A DNA stretch of 62,088 nucleotides from positions 1 through 62,088 of the forward strand of contig JBAZNZ010000011.1 of NCBI GenBank assembly GCA_041648975.1, written 5' to 3'. The stretch comes from Candidatus Omnitrophota bacterium (GTDB lineage Bacteria > Omnitrophota > Gorgyraeia > 2-01-FULL-45-10). Within the stretch, counting starts at the first letter, position 1; each line of letters starts with the position of its first letter. A program made the translations under genes and the position numbers. Below the pieces are notes generated by a model, which worked only from the letters and a program-made list of their open reading frames with translations, was not told the origin of the DNA and searched no databases. Of this stretch, positions 9,718 to 19,822 are shown one piece after another.

Positions 9718-11234
9718 ACCTTATACTCTGCTTTGAACTCTTCCTTAAATTTCGTTATCGCGCTGTTGAGCCTGTCCATAAGTTCGGGGGCGAGCTCGCC
9801 CTTCGATTCTATCTGTATCTCGATGTCGGGATGCAGACTCTCCATATATTTATAAAAAGCTATTTCAAATTTACGCAAGGCGGCGACGGGCAGGTCGTCC
9901 AGGAAACCGTTAGTCCCCGCGTACAGGATCATGACCTGCTTAGAAAGCGGGAGCGGCTCATATTGCCCCTGCTTCAACAGCTCTACCATCCGCTCGCCGC
10001 GCGAGAGCTGCGCCTGCGTCGTCTTGTCGAGCTCAGAACCGAACTGCGTAAAGGCCGCGAGCTCCCTGTATTGGGCCAGGTCGAGGCGGAGTTTTCCCGC
10101 CACCTGTTTCATCGCCTTCTTCTGGGCGTTGCCGCCCACCCTGGAAACGGAAAGGCCCACGTTGATGGCCGGGCGGATGCCCGCGTAGAAAAGGTCGTTC
10201 TCCAGATATATCTGGCCGTCAGTTATCGAGATGACGTTCGTGGGTATGTAGCTCGTGATGTCGCCGGCCTGCGTTTCTATTATAGGAATGGCCGTAAGCG
10301 AGCCGCCTCCATGTTTATCGGTTAATTTCGCGGCGCGCTCCAATAGACGCGCGTGGAGATAGAATATATCGCCGGGATACGCCTCCCTGCCCGGCGGGCG
10401 CCTTAATAACAGAGAGAGCTGCCTGTATGCCTGGGCATGCTTGGAGAGATCATCGTAAATGACAAGCGCATGCTTGCCCGAATACATCAACTCTTCGCCG
10501 ATGGCGGTGCCGGCATACGGCGCCAGATATTGAGAGGTAGCCGCCGCGCGGGATGAGGCGCTCACTATCGTCGTATATGACATGGCCCCGTATTTTTCCA
10601 GCGTATCGTGGACCGATACTATATTCGACAGCTTCTGCCCTATAGCCACATAGACGCAGTAGACGCCTTTATTCTTCTGGTTTATTATCGTATCGAGGAC
10701 TATAGCCGTCTTTCCGGTCTGTCTGTCGGCTATTATCAGTTCGCGTTGTCCGCGGCCTATCGGTATCATGGCGTCGACGGCCTTTATTCCCGTCTGCAGC
10801 GGTTCCTTAACGGGCTGGCGTTCGATGACGCTCGGCGCGTGCGCCTCGAGAGGCCTGCGCCTGTGTGATTCTACAGACCCCTTGCCGTCTATAGGCTTGC
10901 CGAGGGAGTTGACGACCCTTCCCACTAGCGAGTCACCGACCGGGATATCGGCCACTTTGTACGTCCTCTTTACTATATCGCCTTCCTTTATATTCTTCTC
11001 GTCGCCGAAGATGACTATGCCGACCGACTCTTCTTCGAGGTTGAAGACCATGCCCGTTATGTCGCCCGGGAATTTTACGAGTTCTCCGGCCATGACGTCG
11101 TCGAGGCCGTATACGAGGGCGATCCCGTCGCCTACCTGCAGGACCGTGCCCGTAGACTCCATCCTGACACGGGTCTTATATTTCTCAAGCTCTTTCTTTA
11201 TTATAGACGTTACTTCTTCGGGTCTCAGTTCCAT
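9714..11234 (-). CDS. atpA: F1 ATP synthase alpha subunit
   Basis: 506 aa, with P-loop DRQTGKT. It overlaps atpG by 4 bp. Confidence 0.97.
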   Translation of the reverse strand: MELRPEEVTSIIKKELEKYKTRVRMESTGTVLQVGDGIALVYGLDDVMAGELVKFPGDITGMVFNLEEESVGIVIFGDEKNIKEGDIVKRTYKVADIPVGDSLVGRVVNSLGKPIDGKGSVESHRRRPLEAHAPSVIERQPVKEPLQTGIKAVDAMIPIGRGQRELIIADRQTGKTAIVLDTIINQKNKGVYCVYVAIGQKLSNIVSVHDTLEKYGAMSYTTIVSASSRAAATSQYLAPYAGTAIGEELMYSGKHALVIYDDLSKHAQAYRQLSLLLRRPPGREAYPGDIFYLHARLLERAAKLTDKHGGGSLTAIPIIETQAGDITSYIPTNVISITDGQIYLENDLFYAGIRPAINVGLSVSRVGGNAQKKAMKQVAGKLRLDLAQYRELAAFTQFGSELDKTTQAQLSRGERMVELLKQGQYEPLPLSKQVMILYAGTNGFLDDLPVAALRKFEIAFYKYMESLHPDIEIQIESKGELAPELMDRLNSAITKFKEEFKAEYKV

Positions 11235-11238
11235 TATT

Positions 11239-11775
11239 TCAACTCATCCTTAGCGCCGTCATCTTCTCTTTTATCTCTTCGAGACGTTTCTTCACGGATC
11301 CGTCGATCACCTTATTCCCGACATCCACCTTCACCCCGCCGAGTAGATCCGGATCCAGCTTCACATAGAGTTGGAGCTTCTTATTCATCTTACGCTCCAT
11401 GGCGTCCTTTATCGACCGGACCAGGTCTGTATCCAGCATGTAACTTGTGCTCAGGACAGCTTCGACCTTTTCGCCGTGCGCGTATTTAATACGGGCGTAA
11501 TCGGCTATCTGGAAAAATATCTCCACACGGTCCTTTTTCAGGAGCAGTTTCAAAAAATTGCGCAGGTCCTGCGAAAAACTTTTTGCGAATACCTCGTCTA
11601 TAACGCCGCATTTTTCATTATAGGTTATTACCGGCTTGCCCAGGAATTTTAAAAATTCAGGATTGTCGCGGAAGACGTCTTTGGCGTTCTTAAGCTCCTC
11701 GAGCGCCTCCTCAAATCCTATCGCGCCCCTGGCGTATTCCAGAAATCCGTCGACATACCTCTTCGCGAGTATCAT
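11239..11775 (-). CDS. atpH: F1 ATP synthase delta (OSCP) subunit
   Basis: 178 aa. Its position between atpF and atpA, and the C-terminal GG.....G....DGS....L pattern, fit delta. Confidence 0.85.
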   Translation of the reverse strand: MILAKRYVDGFLEYARGAIGFEEALEELKNAKDVFRDNPEFLKFLGKPVITYNEKCGVIDEVFAKSFSQDLRNFLKLLLKKDRVEIFFQIADYARIKYAHGEKVEAVLSTSYMLDTDLVRSIKDAMERKMNKKLQLYVKLDPDLLGGVKVDVGNKVIDGSVKKRLEEIKEKMTALRMS

Positions 11776-12266
11776 TTCTTCTCCACGCCCTCCAGGAACT
11801 CCTCCACCATCTTCCTGTCCGTCTTTTCGGTCAGTTTCTCCTGCACCACCTTTTCGGCGACCTCTATCGCAAGGTCCACTATATCGTCCTTAAGAACCTC
11901 GCGCGCTTTTGAGAGTTCGTCCTTCACGGTATCCTTTGCGGCCAGGATCAGCTTCTGCGCCTGGGCCTCGGCGCTCTTCTCTATTTCGGCGGCAACGCCT
12001 TTACCCTCGGCTATCGCCTCCTGCATCTTCGCTCGCGCGGCGTCTTCTATCTTCGTGAGCTTCGCCTCGTATTCGCCCCTCAGCTTAACGGTCTGGGCCT
12101 TCGCGTCCTCGATCCCCTTGAATTCGGACGCGATCCGCTCCTTGCGGTCATCCAGTATCTTAAGGAACTTTTTCCAGACAAGAAGGCGCAGCAGGACGAA
12201 GAGTATAAGGAAACTCACGACCTGAGCGACTATCTGGCTTGCGCTTAAAAGTTTGAATAATTCCAT
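11772..12266 (-). CDS. atpF: Fo ATP synthase subunit b
   Basis: 164 aa, with a single N-terminal TM followed by a long charged helix. It overlaps atpH by 4 bp. Confidence 0.85.
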   Translation of the reverse strand: MELFKLLSASQIVAQVVSFLILFVLLRLLVWKKFLKILDDRKERIASEFKGIEDAKAQTVKLRGEYEAKLTKIEDAARAKMQEAIAEGKGVAAEIEKSAEAQAQKLILAAKDTVKDELSKAREVLKDDIVDLAIEVAEKVVQEKLTEKTDRKMVEEFLEGVEKK

Positions 12267-12374
12267 TGTAAACTCATTTCCGGGTTTAGTTGTAAGTGGT
12301 AAGTTTTAAGTTGTAAACACTGATTTATTACAGCATACCACTTACAGCTTATAACTTACAACTTACGACTTTTT

Positions 12375-12605
12375 TTAGATTTTCCCCGCCAGGCCGAATA
12401 CGAAGACGAGCGCGTATATCGTAAGAGCCTCGATAAAGGCGCAGCCCGTCGCCATATTTATTAATATCTTCGTCGACGCCTCCGGCTGCCTGGACGTCGC
12501 GTCCATCGCGGCTGCGACGGCCTTACCCAACGCTATCGCCGAACCGAACCCCACAAGCCCCAATCCAAGCGGAAGGCCTATAGACAACACTGCCTTATAA
12601 TCCAT
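12375..12605 (-). CDS. atpE: Fo ATP synthase subunit c
   Basis: 76 aa two-helix hairpin with the loop RQPE and the ion-binding carboxylate in FIEALTIY. Confidence 0.92.
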   Translation of the reverse strand: MDYKAVLSIGLPLGLGLVGFGSAIALGKAVAAAMDATSRQPEASTKILINMATGCAFIEALTIYALVFVFGLAGKI

Positions 12606-12705
12606 GTTCCACCCCCGATTTGTTGTAATTTCACTCTGACAAATCGTCCCGAGCCATTGTAATCTAACTCATGTGGCGAGGGACTACATCTTTAACTACA
12701 CTATT

Positions 12706-13434
12706 TTAAGCCTCTTCGTGCGACAATACAAGCGCGAAGTATATAGTCGTCAGCAGACAGAATACGACGGCCTGCACTACCGACGCCAGTATCGCGATAA
12801 GGCTGTTAAAGAACAAGAGCGGGACGCCCTTAACGCCGAAGCCGGATATGAAAGCGAGCAGCATATCGTCTCCCCATATGTTGCTCCTGAGACGGAGCGA
12901 GAGGCTTATCGGCCTTATCAGTTCGCCTACTATATGGAGGAATAGCATCATAACAGGCGTGAATATCGTAAAGGCCACTATCCCGCGAGGCTTGCCTAAA
13001 AGGTGGTCTATATAGCCGAGGAAGCCGAGTTCTTTGATGCCGGCGTATTGGATATAGAAAAAGACGCAGATCGCGAGCGCCAGCGTTATGGACCAGCTAG
13101 TCGTAGATGATTTCATCAGCGGAATAAGGCCGGATAGATTCATGAAGAGGATATATATGAACAGGGTCCCGATAAAAGGAGTATACTTCCTGCCTTTGGG
13201 GCCTATTATGCCGCAGACGAAATCGTCCACCCCGCCGACGAACAGTTCGCAGGCAGCCTGAAGCCTCCCGGGGACCATGGCCTTTTTCCTCGACGCGAAA
13301 AAGGCTATTATCGTTATGACGCCGACGATAAAGACGGAGAATATGATATTTTCCCACGCCAGCAGGAACTCTTTAGCGGGAGTCCCTTCGAGCGAATCGG
13401 CAATGAGCGATACTAAATTCGGCGACTCAGTCAT
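12706..13434 (-). CDS. atpB: Fo ATP synthase subunit a
   Basis: 242 aa and polytopic, with the conserved stator Arg region LSLRLRSNIWGD. Confidence 0.92.
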   Translation of the reverse strand: MTESPNLVSLIADSLEGTPAKEFLLAWENIIFSVFIVGVITIIAFFASRKKAMVPGRLQAACELFVGGVDDFVCGIIGPKGRKYTPFIGTLFIYILFMNLSGLIPLMKSSTTSWSITLALAICVFFYIQYAGIKELGFLGYIDHLLGKPRGIVAFTIFTPVMMLFLHIVGELIRPISLSLRLRSNIWGDDMLLAFISGFGVKGVPLLFFNSLIAILASVVQAVVFCLLTTIYFALVLSHEEA

Positions 13435-13683
13435 TTAACCCTTCTTCTCCGCCTGCAGAGCTGCCTTGACTATCTTGACCGTCTCCGCGACGCTTCCGAT
13501 GAAACCCAGTGTTATGAAAATAAGCGACACGTAGGACGGCGATCCAAATCTCTTCTCCAGGTAATCCCCCAGGAAATATCCGCCCAGCGGGCCTGCGGCC
13601 ATGACAAAAGGCAGAAAAGAGAGGAGCCCTCCTATCTTTATCCACCTGTATACGCCGCTCCTTCGCTTTCCGTCAATCGCCAT
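13435..13683 (-). CDS. AtpZ/AtpI-family small membrane protein (ATP synthase gene 1)
   Basis: 82 aa with two TM segments. It lies immediately upstream of and abuts atpB (stop and start adjacent). Confidence 0.65.
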   Translation of the reverse strand: MAIDGKRRSGVYRWIKIGGLLSFLPFVMAAGPLGGYFLGDYLEKRFGSPSYVSLIFITLGFIGSVAETVKIVKAALQAEKKG

Positions 13684-13698
13684 AGGTTTATCCGGTCT

Positions 13699-15702
13699 TT
13701 AGTTCACGCGGACAGGCATTATGATGAACGGTATGCCTTTCTGGTGAAGCCTGCGCTGGACCGCGAAAGTAGTATGGTTATAGAACATCCTGGTGAATAT
13801 CGTATCCTGGGCGAATACTATCTGGCCTCCGAAAAATACGGTCCGGGGATACTCTTCGAATATCTTAATGGCGATATCCGACAGTTCATCCGCCACATCC
13901 GTGCCGTAAGTGGAAAAACCTTTGGCGTAGTAACCCTGTTTCTTCATATATCCCACATAACGGTCTAAACCTTTTACGACATGGTGTTTGAGCTTCTCTA
14001 TATCTTCCGCGCCTTTAAAGTTACCCGCGCCGACTACGCCCGCCTCGAGAAAGAAGAAGTTCTTGAAACTGCTGCCGAAAAGGTGCATCACATTGAAAAG
14101 GGTATGAAGCCCCATGCCGTTAAACCCCGTGACGAGGATGACCGCGGTCTTCGACTCCGGGTCATACTTGGGCGCTGCGCCGTTCTCCAACGCGAGCCCC
14201 TGTGAGCATTCAGGTTTCGGAAGATCGGTGACATTTATAAGAGTGTCGAGACGCTTCAGGAGGGTCAACGTCCCGTTGTAGTAGCGTTTTATCGTCATGG
14301 CCAGCGCTACGAGAGAGCCTGTGATAAAGATAGTGACCCAGCCTCCTTCATGAAATTTAATAATTATGATGGACATAAGGATAAAAGCGGTCATCGCCAA
14401 CCCCAGGCCGTTTATACATATCTTCTTCAGCCAACGCTTGATCTTGTTCCTCTTCCTCCACCAATAACGCACCATGCCGAGCTGGGACAGGAAAAACGTG
14501 ATGAAGACGTTTATACTGTAAAGAACGACGAGATATTTCACCGAACCGCGGCTTGCGATCATCAATACGATCGACGCGGTGCCCATCAGGAGTATGCCGT
14601 TCTGCGCGACGAATCGTTCGCTTAAAAGCGCGAACTGGAACGGGAACCACCGGTCCTGCGCCATATTGGATATGACCCGGGGGCCGTCCAGGAAACCCGT
14701 CTGGGCCGCGACAAAAAGAAGGACCGCTTCGGAAAAAAGCGTAACTAAAACGAAGATAGAGCCGATATCGCCCCAATTGGCGGTCATATTTTCAAAAAGG
14801 ACGGCATTCAGGGTCTTGCCGGGCTGATGCTGCACTTTGTAAAAGAGATATCCAAGCATCAATCCTACGGCGAGAAACGCGAGGGAAACGGCCATGTACT
14901 TCATAGTCTTTTTCGCGGTCTCTACCTGGGGTTCCCGCAAAAACGGCACACCGTTGGATGTAGCCTCGATACCTGTAAATGTCCCGGCGCCCATGCTGTA
15001 CGCGCGCATTATTAATATGAGCACACCGACTACACCTACCTCGGCTGTCGCGCTTCTGACATCGGCCACAGTAGCCCCGGCGACCGCTCCAAGATCCGAA
15101 GCATGGGTAATGAAACCATACACTACCGCGAAAACGTGCGTGATTATGAAAGCGAGGAAGATCGGGACAAGGGGCAGGATAGATTCTTTTACGCCCCTCA
15201 TATTCAATAAGATCATCACAAACACGATCACTACGGCAAAAGCGAGCCTGTATGGGTACCATTCTCTGGGAAGAAAGCTGAAAAGCGCGTCGGCGCCGCT
15301 GGCTATCGATATCGTGATGGTAAGGACATAGTCTATGATGAGCGCGCAGCCGGAGACCATGCCTGTTGTGGGCGAAAGCAATTTGCTGGCGACGAGGTAT
15401 CCGCCGCCGCCATGGGGAAAAAGTTCGATTATCTGCGAATAACTGTAGCTTATGACAAATATCGTTACCGCGGTGGCAAGAGCCACAAATATTCCCAAAA
15501 ACATGTGGCTCTTCAAGGCGAGGAATGCTTCTTCGGGGCCGTAACAGCAGGAGCTTAAGCCGTCGGATCCGAGCCCCACCCATGCGAAGAAAGCGACGAG
15601 CGATATCTTATGGAAAAGGTTCGGCTCCTGGAGACTCCTCGCCTTTCCGATGAGCAGACCCTTTATCTTCTTAAATAGTGACGGTTCAGGCTGATCGTCC
15701 AC
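13699..15702 (-). CDS. APC-superfamily permease with C-terminal cytoplasmic domain (KimA-like, possible K+/H+ symporter)
   Basis: 667 aa with a GTG start. The N-terminus IKGLLIGKARSL...GLGSDGLSSCCYGPEEA parallels my recollection of the KimA N-terminal region. About 12 TM segments are followed by a ~200-aa soluble tail. The substrate is not proven. Confidence 0.6.
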   Translation of the reverse strand: MDDQPEPSLFKKIKGLLIGKARSLQEPNLFHKISLVAFFAWVGLGSDGLSSCCYGPEEAFLALKSHMFLGIFVALATAVTIFVISYSYSQIIELFPHGGGGYLVASKLLSPTTGMVSGCALIIDYVLTITISIASGADALFSFLPREWYPYRLAFAVVIVFVMILLNMRGVKESILPLVPIFLAFIITHVFAVVYGFITHASDLGAVAGATVADVRSATAEVGVVGVLILIMRAYSMGAGTFTGIEATSNGVPFLREPQVETAKKTMKYMAVSLAFLAVGLMLGYLFYKVQHQPGKTLNAVLFENMTANWGDIGSIFVLVTLFSEAVLLFVAAQTGFLDGPRVISNMAQDRWFPFQFALLSERFVAQNGILLMGTASIVLMIASRGSVKYLVVLYSINVFITFFLSQLGMVRYWWRKRNKIKRWLKKICINGLGLAMTAFILMSIIIIKFHEGGWVTIFITGSLVALAMTIKRYYNGTLTLLKRLDTLINVTDLPKPECSQGLALENGAAPKYDPESKTAVILVTGFNGMGLHTLFNVMHLFGSSFKNFFFLEAGVVGAGNFKGAEDIEKLKHHVVKGLDRYVGYMKKQGYYAKGFSTYGTDVADELSDIAIKIFEEYPRTVFFGGQIVFAQDTIFTRMFYNHTTFAVQRRLHQKGIPFIIMPVRVN

Positions 15703-15732
15703 GCATAACCTTCAGTCAAACACTTTAATTAC

Positions 15733-15775
15733 ACCTACGAGGTGTGATTACTTCGACCCGTCACACCTCGTAGGT
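15733..15775. repeat. REP-like palindromic element, same family, copy 3
   Basis: Arms ACCTACGAGGTGTGA (15733-15747) and TCACACCTCGTAGGT (15761-15775), with loop TTACTTCGACCCG. It lies between the hppA stop and the APC permease start. Confidence 0.85.
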
Positions 15776-15797
15776 CTTCACCTCGGAGATTGATTTT

Positions 15798-18125
15798 TTA
15801 CGATTGCTGCGCTAATTCCGGAGCCGACTTTTTGCTGTGCAATATCGCCCATATGAGAGCCGCGCATAGTATCGCCACAGTGAGCCAGCCGCCGAACCCG
15901 AGCTTATTATACTGCACGACTATCGGCGCGATTATGACCGAGACGAGATTGACGACCTTTATCATGGGATTGAGCGCCGGGCCCGCGGTATCCTTCAGCG
16001 GATCGCCGACCGTGTCGCCGACTACGCCGGCTTTGTGCCGCTCCGAACCCTTGCCCGTATTATCGGTTACGCTGCTTATTTCGTCTTCTATCGTCTTCTT
16101 CGCGTTATCCCAGGCGCCTCCGGCGTTCGACATAAATACCGCCAAAAGCTGTCCGGAAAGTATTATACCTGCCAGGAAACCGCCGAGAGCCTCTACCTGC
16201 AGAACAAGCCCTACGAGGATAGGAGAAGCTATGCATATAATAGCCAGGCTCACGAGCTCTTTCTGCGCCGCGGACGTCGATATAGCCACCGCCTGCTTGT
16301 AATCGGGCTTCACCGTACCGTCCAGGACCCCGAGGCGGAATTGGCGCCTGACTTCTAAAACGATCAAAGAGGCCGCGCGGCTGACCGCCTGGATGGAGAA
16401 CGAGGAGAAGAGCCACGGTATCGCGCCGCCTATCAGCATACCCACGAAGACCTGGGGAACGGAAACACGTATACCTATACTGTTAAGCTGGTCGGCCGCG
16501 GCCATGCCTAACGAAGCCTGGACCTTGCTGACGTCGACCATATATGAACCGAAGAGCGATACGGCCGCTATTACCGCCGATCCTATCGCCACGCCTTTAG
16601 TAATGGCTTTTGTGGTGTTACCCACCCCGTCGAGGTCCGCCATTATCTTACGGGCCGAGCGCGTATTTTCATCATTCTCCGCGTGCCATGCCATCTCGCC
16701 GATGCCGTTCGCGTTGTCCGCGATCGGTCCGAAGGAGTCCATGGCCACGTTGTTGCCTGTAAGCGTCAGCATACCTATGCCTGTCATGGCAACACCGTAG
16801 AGTATATAAGTGATGCGCTCGACGGCCGACACATCCGGCATCGAACCGAATATCAGTATCGAGGCGAATATCGTCGCGGCGATGACGAGTATAGACCATA
16901 CGGAAGACTCGAAACCGACAGCTATGCCGGATAGTATCGTTGTGGCCGGGCCTGTGCGCGTCGATTTATTTATCTCCCGGACAGGCTTTGCTTCGGTGCC
17001 GGTAAAATATTCGGTAAGGCGGTCTATCGTTATAGCGAGCAGCACACCGATGGCAGTAGCCAGGAACGGCCTCCACCATCCGCCCGGAAGTTTATTCATA
17101 TAGAAATACGCGAGCGCGCCGAATAACGCTATTGATATGCACGCCGACGTAACGAATCCTTTGAATATCGCGTGCATAGCGTTGTCGCTCTTAGCCGACT
17201 GGCTTCCCTTAACGGCGTATGTGCCTATTATGGAGCACAGGACGCCTATGCCGCGGACGAGGAGCGGATAGATTATCCATTCCAGCCTGTGCGTCAGGTG
17301 GTAGAGAGCAAGCCCCAATATCAAACCGGATACTATAGTTACTTCGTATGATTCGAATATATCGGCTGCCATACCGGCGCAATCGCCTACATTATCGCCG
17401 ACGAGGTCCGCGATGACCGCCGGGTTCCTCGGATCGTCTTCAGGTATACCCGCCTCGACTTTCCCTACGAGGTCGGCGCCGACGTCGGCAGCTTTCGTGT
17501 AGATGCCGCCGCCCACCCTCATGAAGAGCGCGAGGAGCGTGCCGCCGAAACCAAAACCGAGCAGCGCGTCAGGCGCGGCTATGCCGAACGTTATAAATAT
17601 GATAGTGCCGCCGAAAAGCCCGAGGCCGTCGGTCAGCATACCGGTGATCGTCCCTGTACGATAAGCTATGCGAAGCGCGTCGCCGAAAGATCTCCTCGAC
17701 GCCGCGGCCACGCGCACATTGCCCTGTACGGCCATGCGCATGCCGAGCTGCCCCACGATAAGCGAAAAGATCGCGCCCATAACGAACGCGAGAGCCCGTC
17801 CTATTCCTACGATCAGGCGGACAGCGTCCTCCGAACGGCCGGCAAACCTCTGCATCGCTTCCTGGGAAGGCGGAACTATATATACGGAAAAGAAGAGCGC
17901 GAATGTGAGAAGTACTATTAACGGTAGTATGGAAAATAACTGCTTGCGCAGGTAAGCGTCCGCGCCTTCGCGTATGGCGTTCCAGACCTCCTGCATCTTA
18001 GGCGTGCCTTTATCCTCGCGCAATATCTGGCTGCGGAGGAAGAGCGCGTAGAGAAGTCCCAGAAGAGATATCCCCATAACGCTCCATATCGCAACCAGCT
18101 CAAACGTCGTGATCCCTGCTATCAT
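15798..18125 (-). CDS. hppA: membrane-bound proton-translocating pyrophosphatase (K+-independent type by motif)
   Basis: 775 aa, with GDNVGDCAGMAADIFESYEV and GNTTKAITKG. The Lys in the GNTT(A/K)A motif marks the K+-independent type. Confidence 0.93.
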   Translation of the reverse strand: MIAGITTFELVAIWSVMGISLLGLLYALFLRSQILREDKGTPKMQEVWNAIREGADAYLRKQLFSILPLIVLLTFALFFSVYIVPPSQEAMQRFAGRSEDAVRLIVGIGRALAFVMGAIFSLIVGQLGMRMAVQGNVRVAAASRRSFGDALRIAYRTGTITGMLTDGLGLFGGTIIFITFGIAAPDALLGFGFGGTLLALFMRVGGGIYTKAADVGADLVGKVEAGIPEDDPRNPAVIADLVGDNVGDCAGMAADIFESYEVTIVSGLILGLALYHLTHRLEWIIYPLLVRGIGVLCSIIGTYAVKGSQSAKSDNAMHAIFKGFVTSACISIALFGALAYFYMNKLPGGWWRPFLATAIGVLLAITIDRLTEYFTGTEAKPVREINKSTRTGPATTILSGIAVGFESSVWSILVIAATIFASILIFGSMPDVSAVERITYILYGVAMTGIGMLTLTGNNVAMDSFGPIADNANGIGEMAWHAENDENTRSARKIMADLDGVGNTTKAITKGVAIGSAVIAAVSLFGSYMVDVSKVQASLGMAAADQLNSIGIRVSVPQVFVGMLIGGAIPWLFSSFSIQAVSRAASLIVLEVRRQFRLGVLDGTVKPDYKQAVAISTSAAQKELVSLAIICIASPILVGLVLQVEALGGFLAGIILSGQLLAVFMSNAGGAWDNAKKTIEDEISSVTDNTGKGSERHKAGVVGDTVGDPLKDTAGPALNPMIKVVNLVSVIIAPIVVQYNKLGFGGWLTVAILCAALIWAILHSKKSAPELAQQS

Positions 18126-18174
18126 TTTTGTTACTCCTTTCTGCTTCGCCCATCATCTTATTATAAGTTTGGTA

Positions 18175-18213
18175 TAAAAAAATGTCTTCCAGCTTACCAT
18201 ACCCAGAAGACAT
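18175..18213 (-). terminator. intrinsic terminator (minus strand) after the flavoprotein gene
   Basis: Minus-strand read: ATGTCTTC, a 16-nt loop, GAAGACAT, then TTTTTTT. It lies 58 nt downstream of the stop at 18271. Confidence 0.6.
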
Positions 18214-18270
18214 TATTATATAGTATTTTGACATGATTGTAACACCAAATCGGGCTAAGGTCAATCCTTT

Positions 18271-19506
18271 TCATGAGGCCGCGTGACTGCCCGCGAGATA
18301 GCCCGTAGAGAACGCCTGCTGCAGGTTGTAGCCTCCGCTCGGCGCCGAGCCCTCTATAACTTCACCCGCAAAATAGAGCCCCGGCACGACCTTAGACTCC
18401 ATCGTCCTAGGGTCTATATCCTTCATCGACACTCCCCCGCCAGTCACCATAGCTTCCTCTAAAGGAAGGCTGCCGGTAATAGTCAGCTTAAAGGCTTTAA
18501 GCGCGCTGATAATGGCGGCGCGCTCTTCTTTTGTTATCTGGTTCGTCCTCTTACCGTGATGTATATTCAATTGCCTTAAGAATACGTCTATCATCCTTTT
18601 AGGCAATATATCCTGCATGAGGTTCTTCATCTGGACGTTGCCTTTAACGGTGAATTTATTGACGAGCTTGGACTCTAACTGCTCATTCTTCAGGCCCGGT
18701 TTGAGGTCGATGGTCATCGGTATCTCCGGGTATTTTTCAACGGCGGACATTATTTCACCGCTTAAGTCCAGGACAAGCGGCCCGGATACGCCGAAGTGCG
18801 TGAACATCACTTCGCCTATCTCGGAGACGATCTTCTTTTTACCGACGTGGAAAGTTATGCGGACGTTCTCGAGGCCGATCCCCTGAAGATCTTTGACCCA
18901 TGCCTCTTTGGCCTTAAGCGGGACGAGCGCGGGCCTGAGCGTCGCTACCGCATGCCCCGCTTTGCCGGCAAGAATAAACCCGTCCCCGGTCGAACCCGTC
19001 GCCTTATAAGACGCCCCTCCCGCGGCGACGATCACTTTCTTCACGTCGAGACGGGCGCCGCCTTCCGAGATAAGCGTAAACGCCCCTTTCCGGCCTTCGA
19101 CGCTGATGATCCGCGCGCCATAGATAATTTCTACCTTATTTTCCTTGAGACAATCTTCCAGCACAGATATCACTGAACGGGCTTTGTCCGTCACGGGAAA
19201 TACGCGGCCCTGCCTTTCGGCTTTCAGTTCCAAACCCCTCGAGCGGAAGAACTCCGTCAGGTCCTCGTTAGAGAACGCAAAGAACGCGGTCCTGTAGAAC
19301 TCGCCCTTCGGGCCGAACTTCTCCATAAAGACGTCGATGGAAGCCGTATTTGTGATATTACATCTTCCCTTGCCGGTTATCATTATCTTGCGGCCTATCG
19401 AGTCGTTCCTCTCTACGAGACAGACGGAGGACTTTAGCGCGCCGGCCCTTATCGCCGCCATCGTTCCCGCGGCCCCGCCGCCTATAACGGCTATGTCATA
19501 TATCAT
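18271..19506 (-). CDS. NAD(P)/FAD-dependent oxidoreductase, HI0933/BaiN-like flavoprotein
   Basis: The dinucleotide fold MIYDIAVIGGGAAGTMAA sits at the ATG at 19506, with SD AAGGA upstream. The track's longer ORF begins at a TTG at 19569. Confidence 0.75.
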   Translation of the reverse strand: MIYDIAVIGGGAAGTMAAIRAGALKSSVCLVERNDSIGRKIMITGKGRCNITNTASIDVFMEKFGPKGEFYRTAFFAFSNEDLTEFFRSRGLELKAERQGRVFPVTDKARSVISVLEDCLKENKVEIIYGARIISVEGRKGAFTLISEGGARLDVKKVIVAAGGASYKATGSTGDGFILAGKAGHAVATLRPALVPLKAKEAWVKDLQGIGLENVRITFHVGKKKIVSEIGEVMFTHFGVSGPLVLDLSGEIMSAVEKYPEIPMTIDLKPGLKNEQLESKLVNKFTVKGNVQMKNLMQDILPKRMIDVFLRQLNIHHGKRTNQITKEERAAIISALKAFKLTITGSLPLEEAMVTGGGVSMKDIDPRTMESKVVPGLYFAGEVIEGSAPSGGYNLQQAFSTGYLAGSHAAS

Positions 19507-19549
19507 GGATAGATCCTTTATTAACTGACCCTTACTATTATACCTTATA

Positions 19550-19804
19550 TCAGAACCTGAAATGGACAAATATTCTCCCGAAATTCTTGTCGTCTTTCTC
19601 TACGCGATGATAGAGCCTCTTTATCTCCGGCGAATCCAGGAACCGCAGGACGCGTTTCTTCAGTTGTCCGCTTCCTTTGCCGGGGATTATCTCAACTAAC
19701 GCGATCCTCTTCTCGACGGCCTCTCTCACGACCCGGCTCAACTCCGCCTCGATCGCGCAGCCCTTATTGAATATATCATGCAGGTCCAGTTTGATCTTCG
19801 CCAC
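19550..19804 (-). CDS. Smr-domain protein
   Basis: 84 aa with a GTG start and strong SD GGAGG. It shows the pattern LDLHD...VEIIPGKGSGQLKKRVLRFL. Confidence 0.7.
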   Translation of the reverse strand: MAKIKLDLHDIFNKGCAIEAELSRVVREAVEKRIALVEIIPGKGSGQLKKRVLRFLDSPEIKRLYHRVEKDDKNFGRIFVHFRF

Positions 19805-19822
19805 AGTCCTCTCCTCCTTCGC

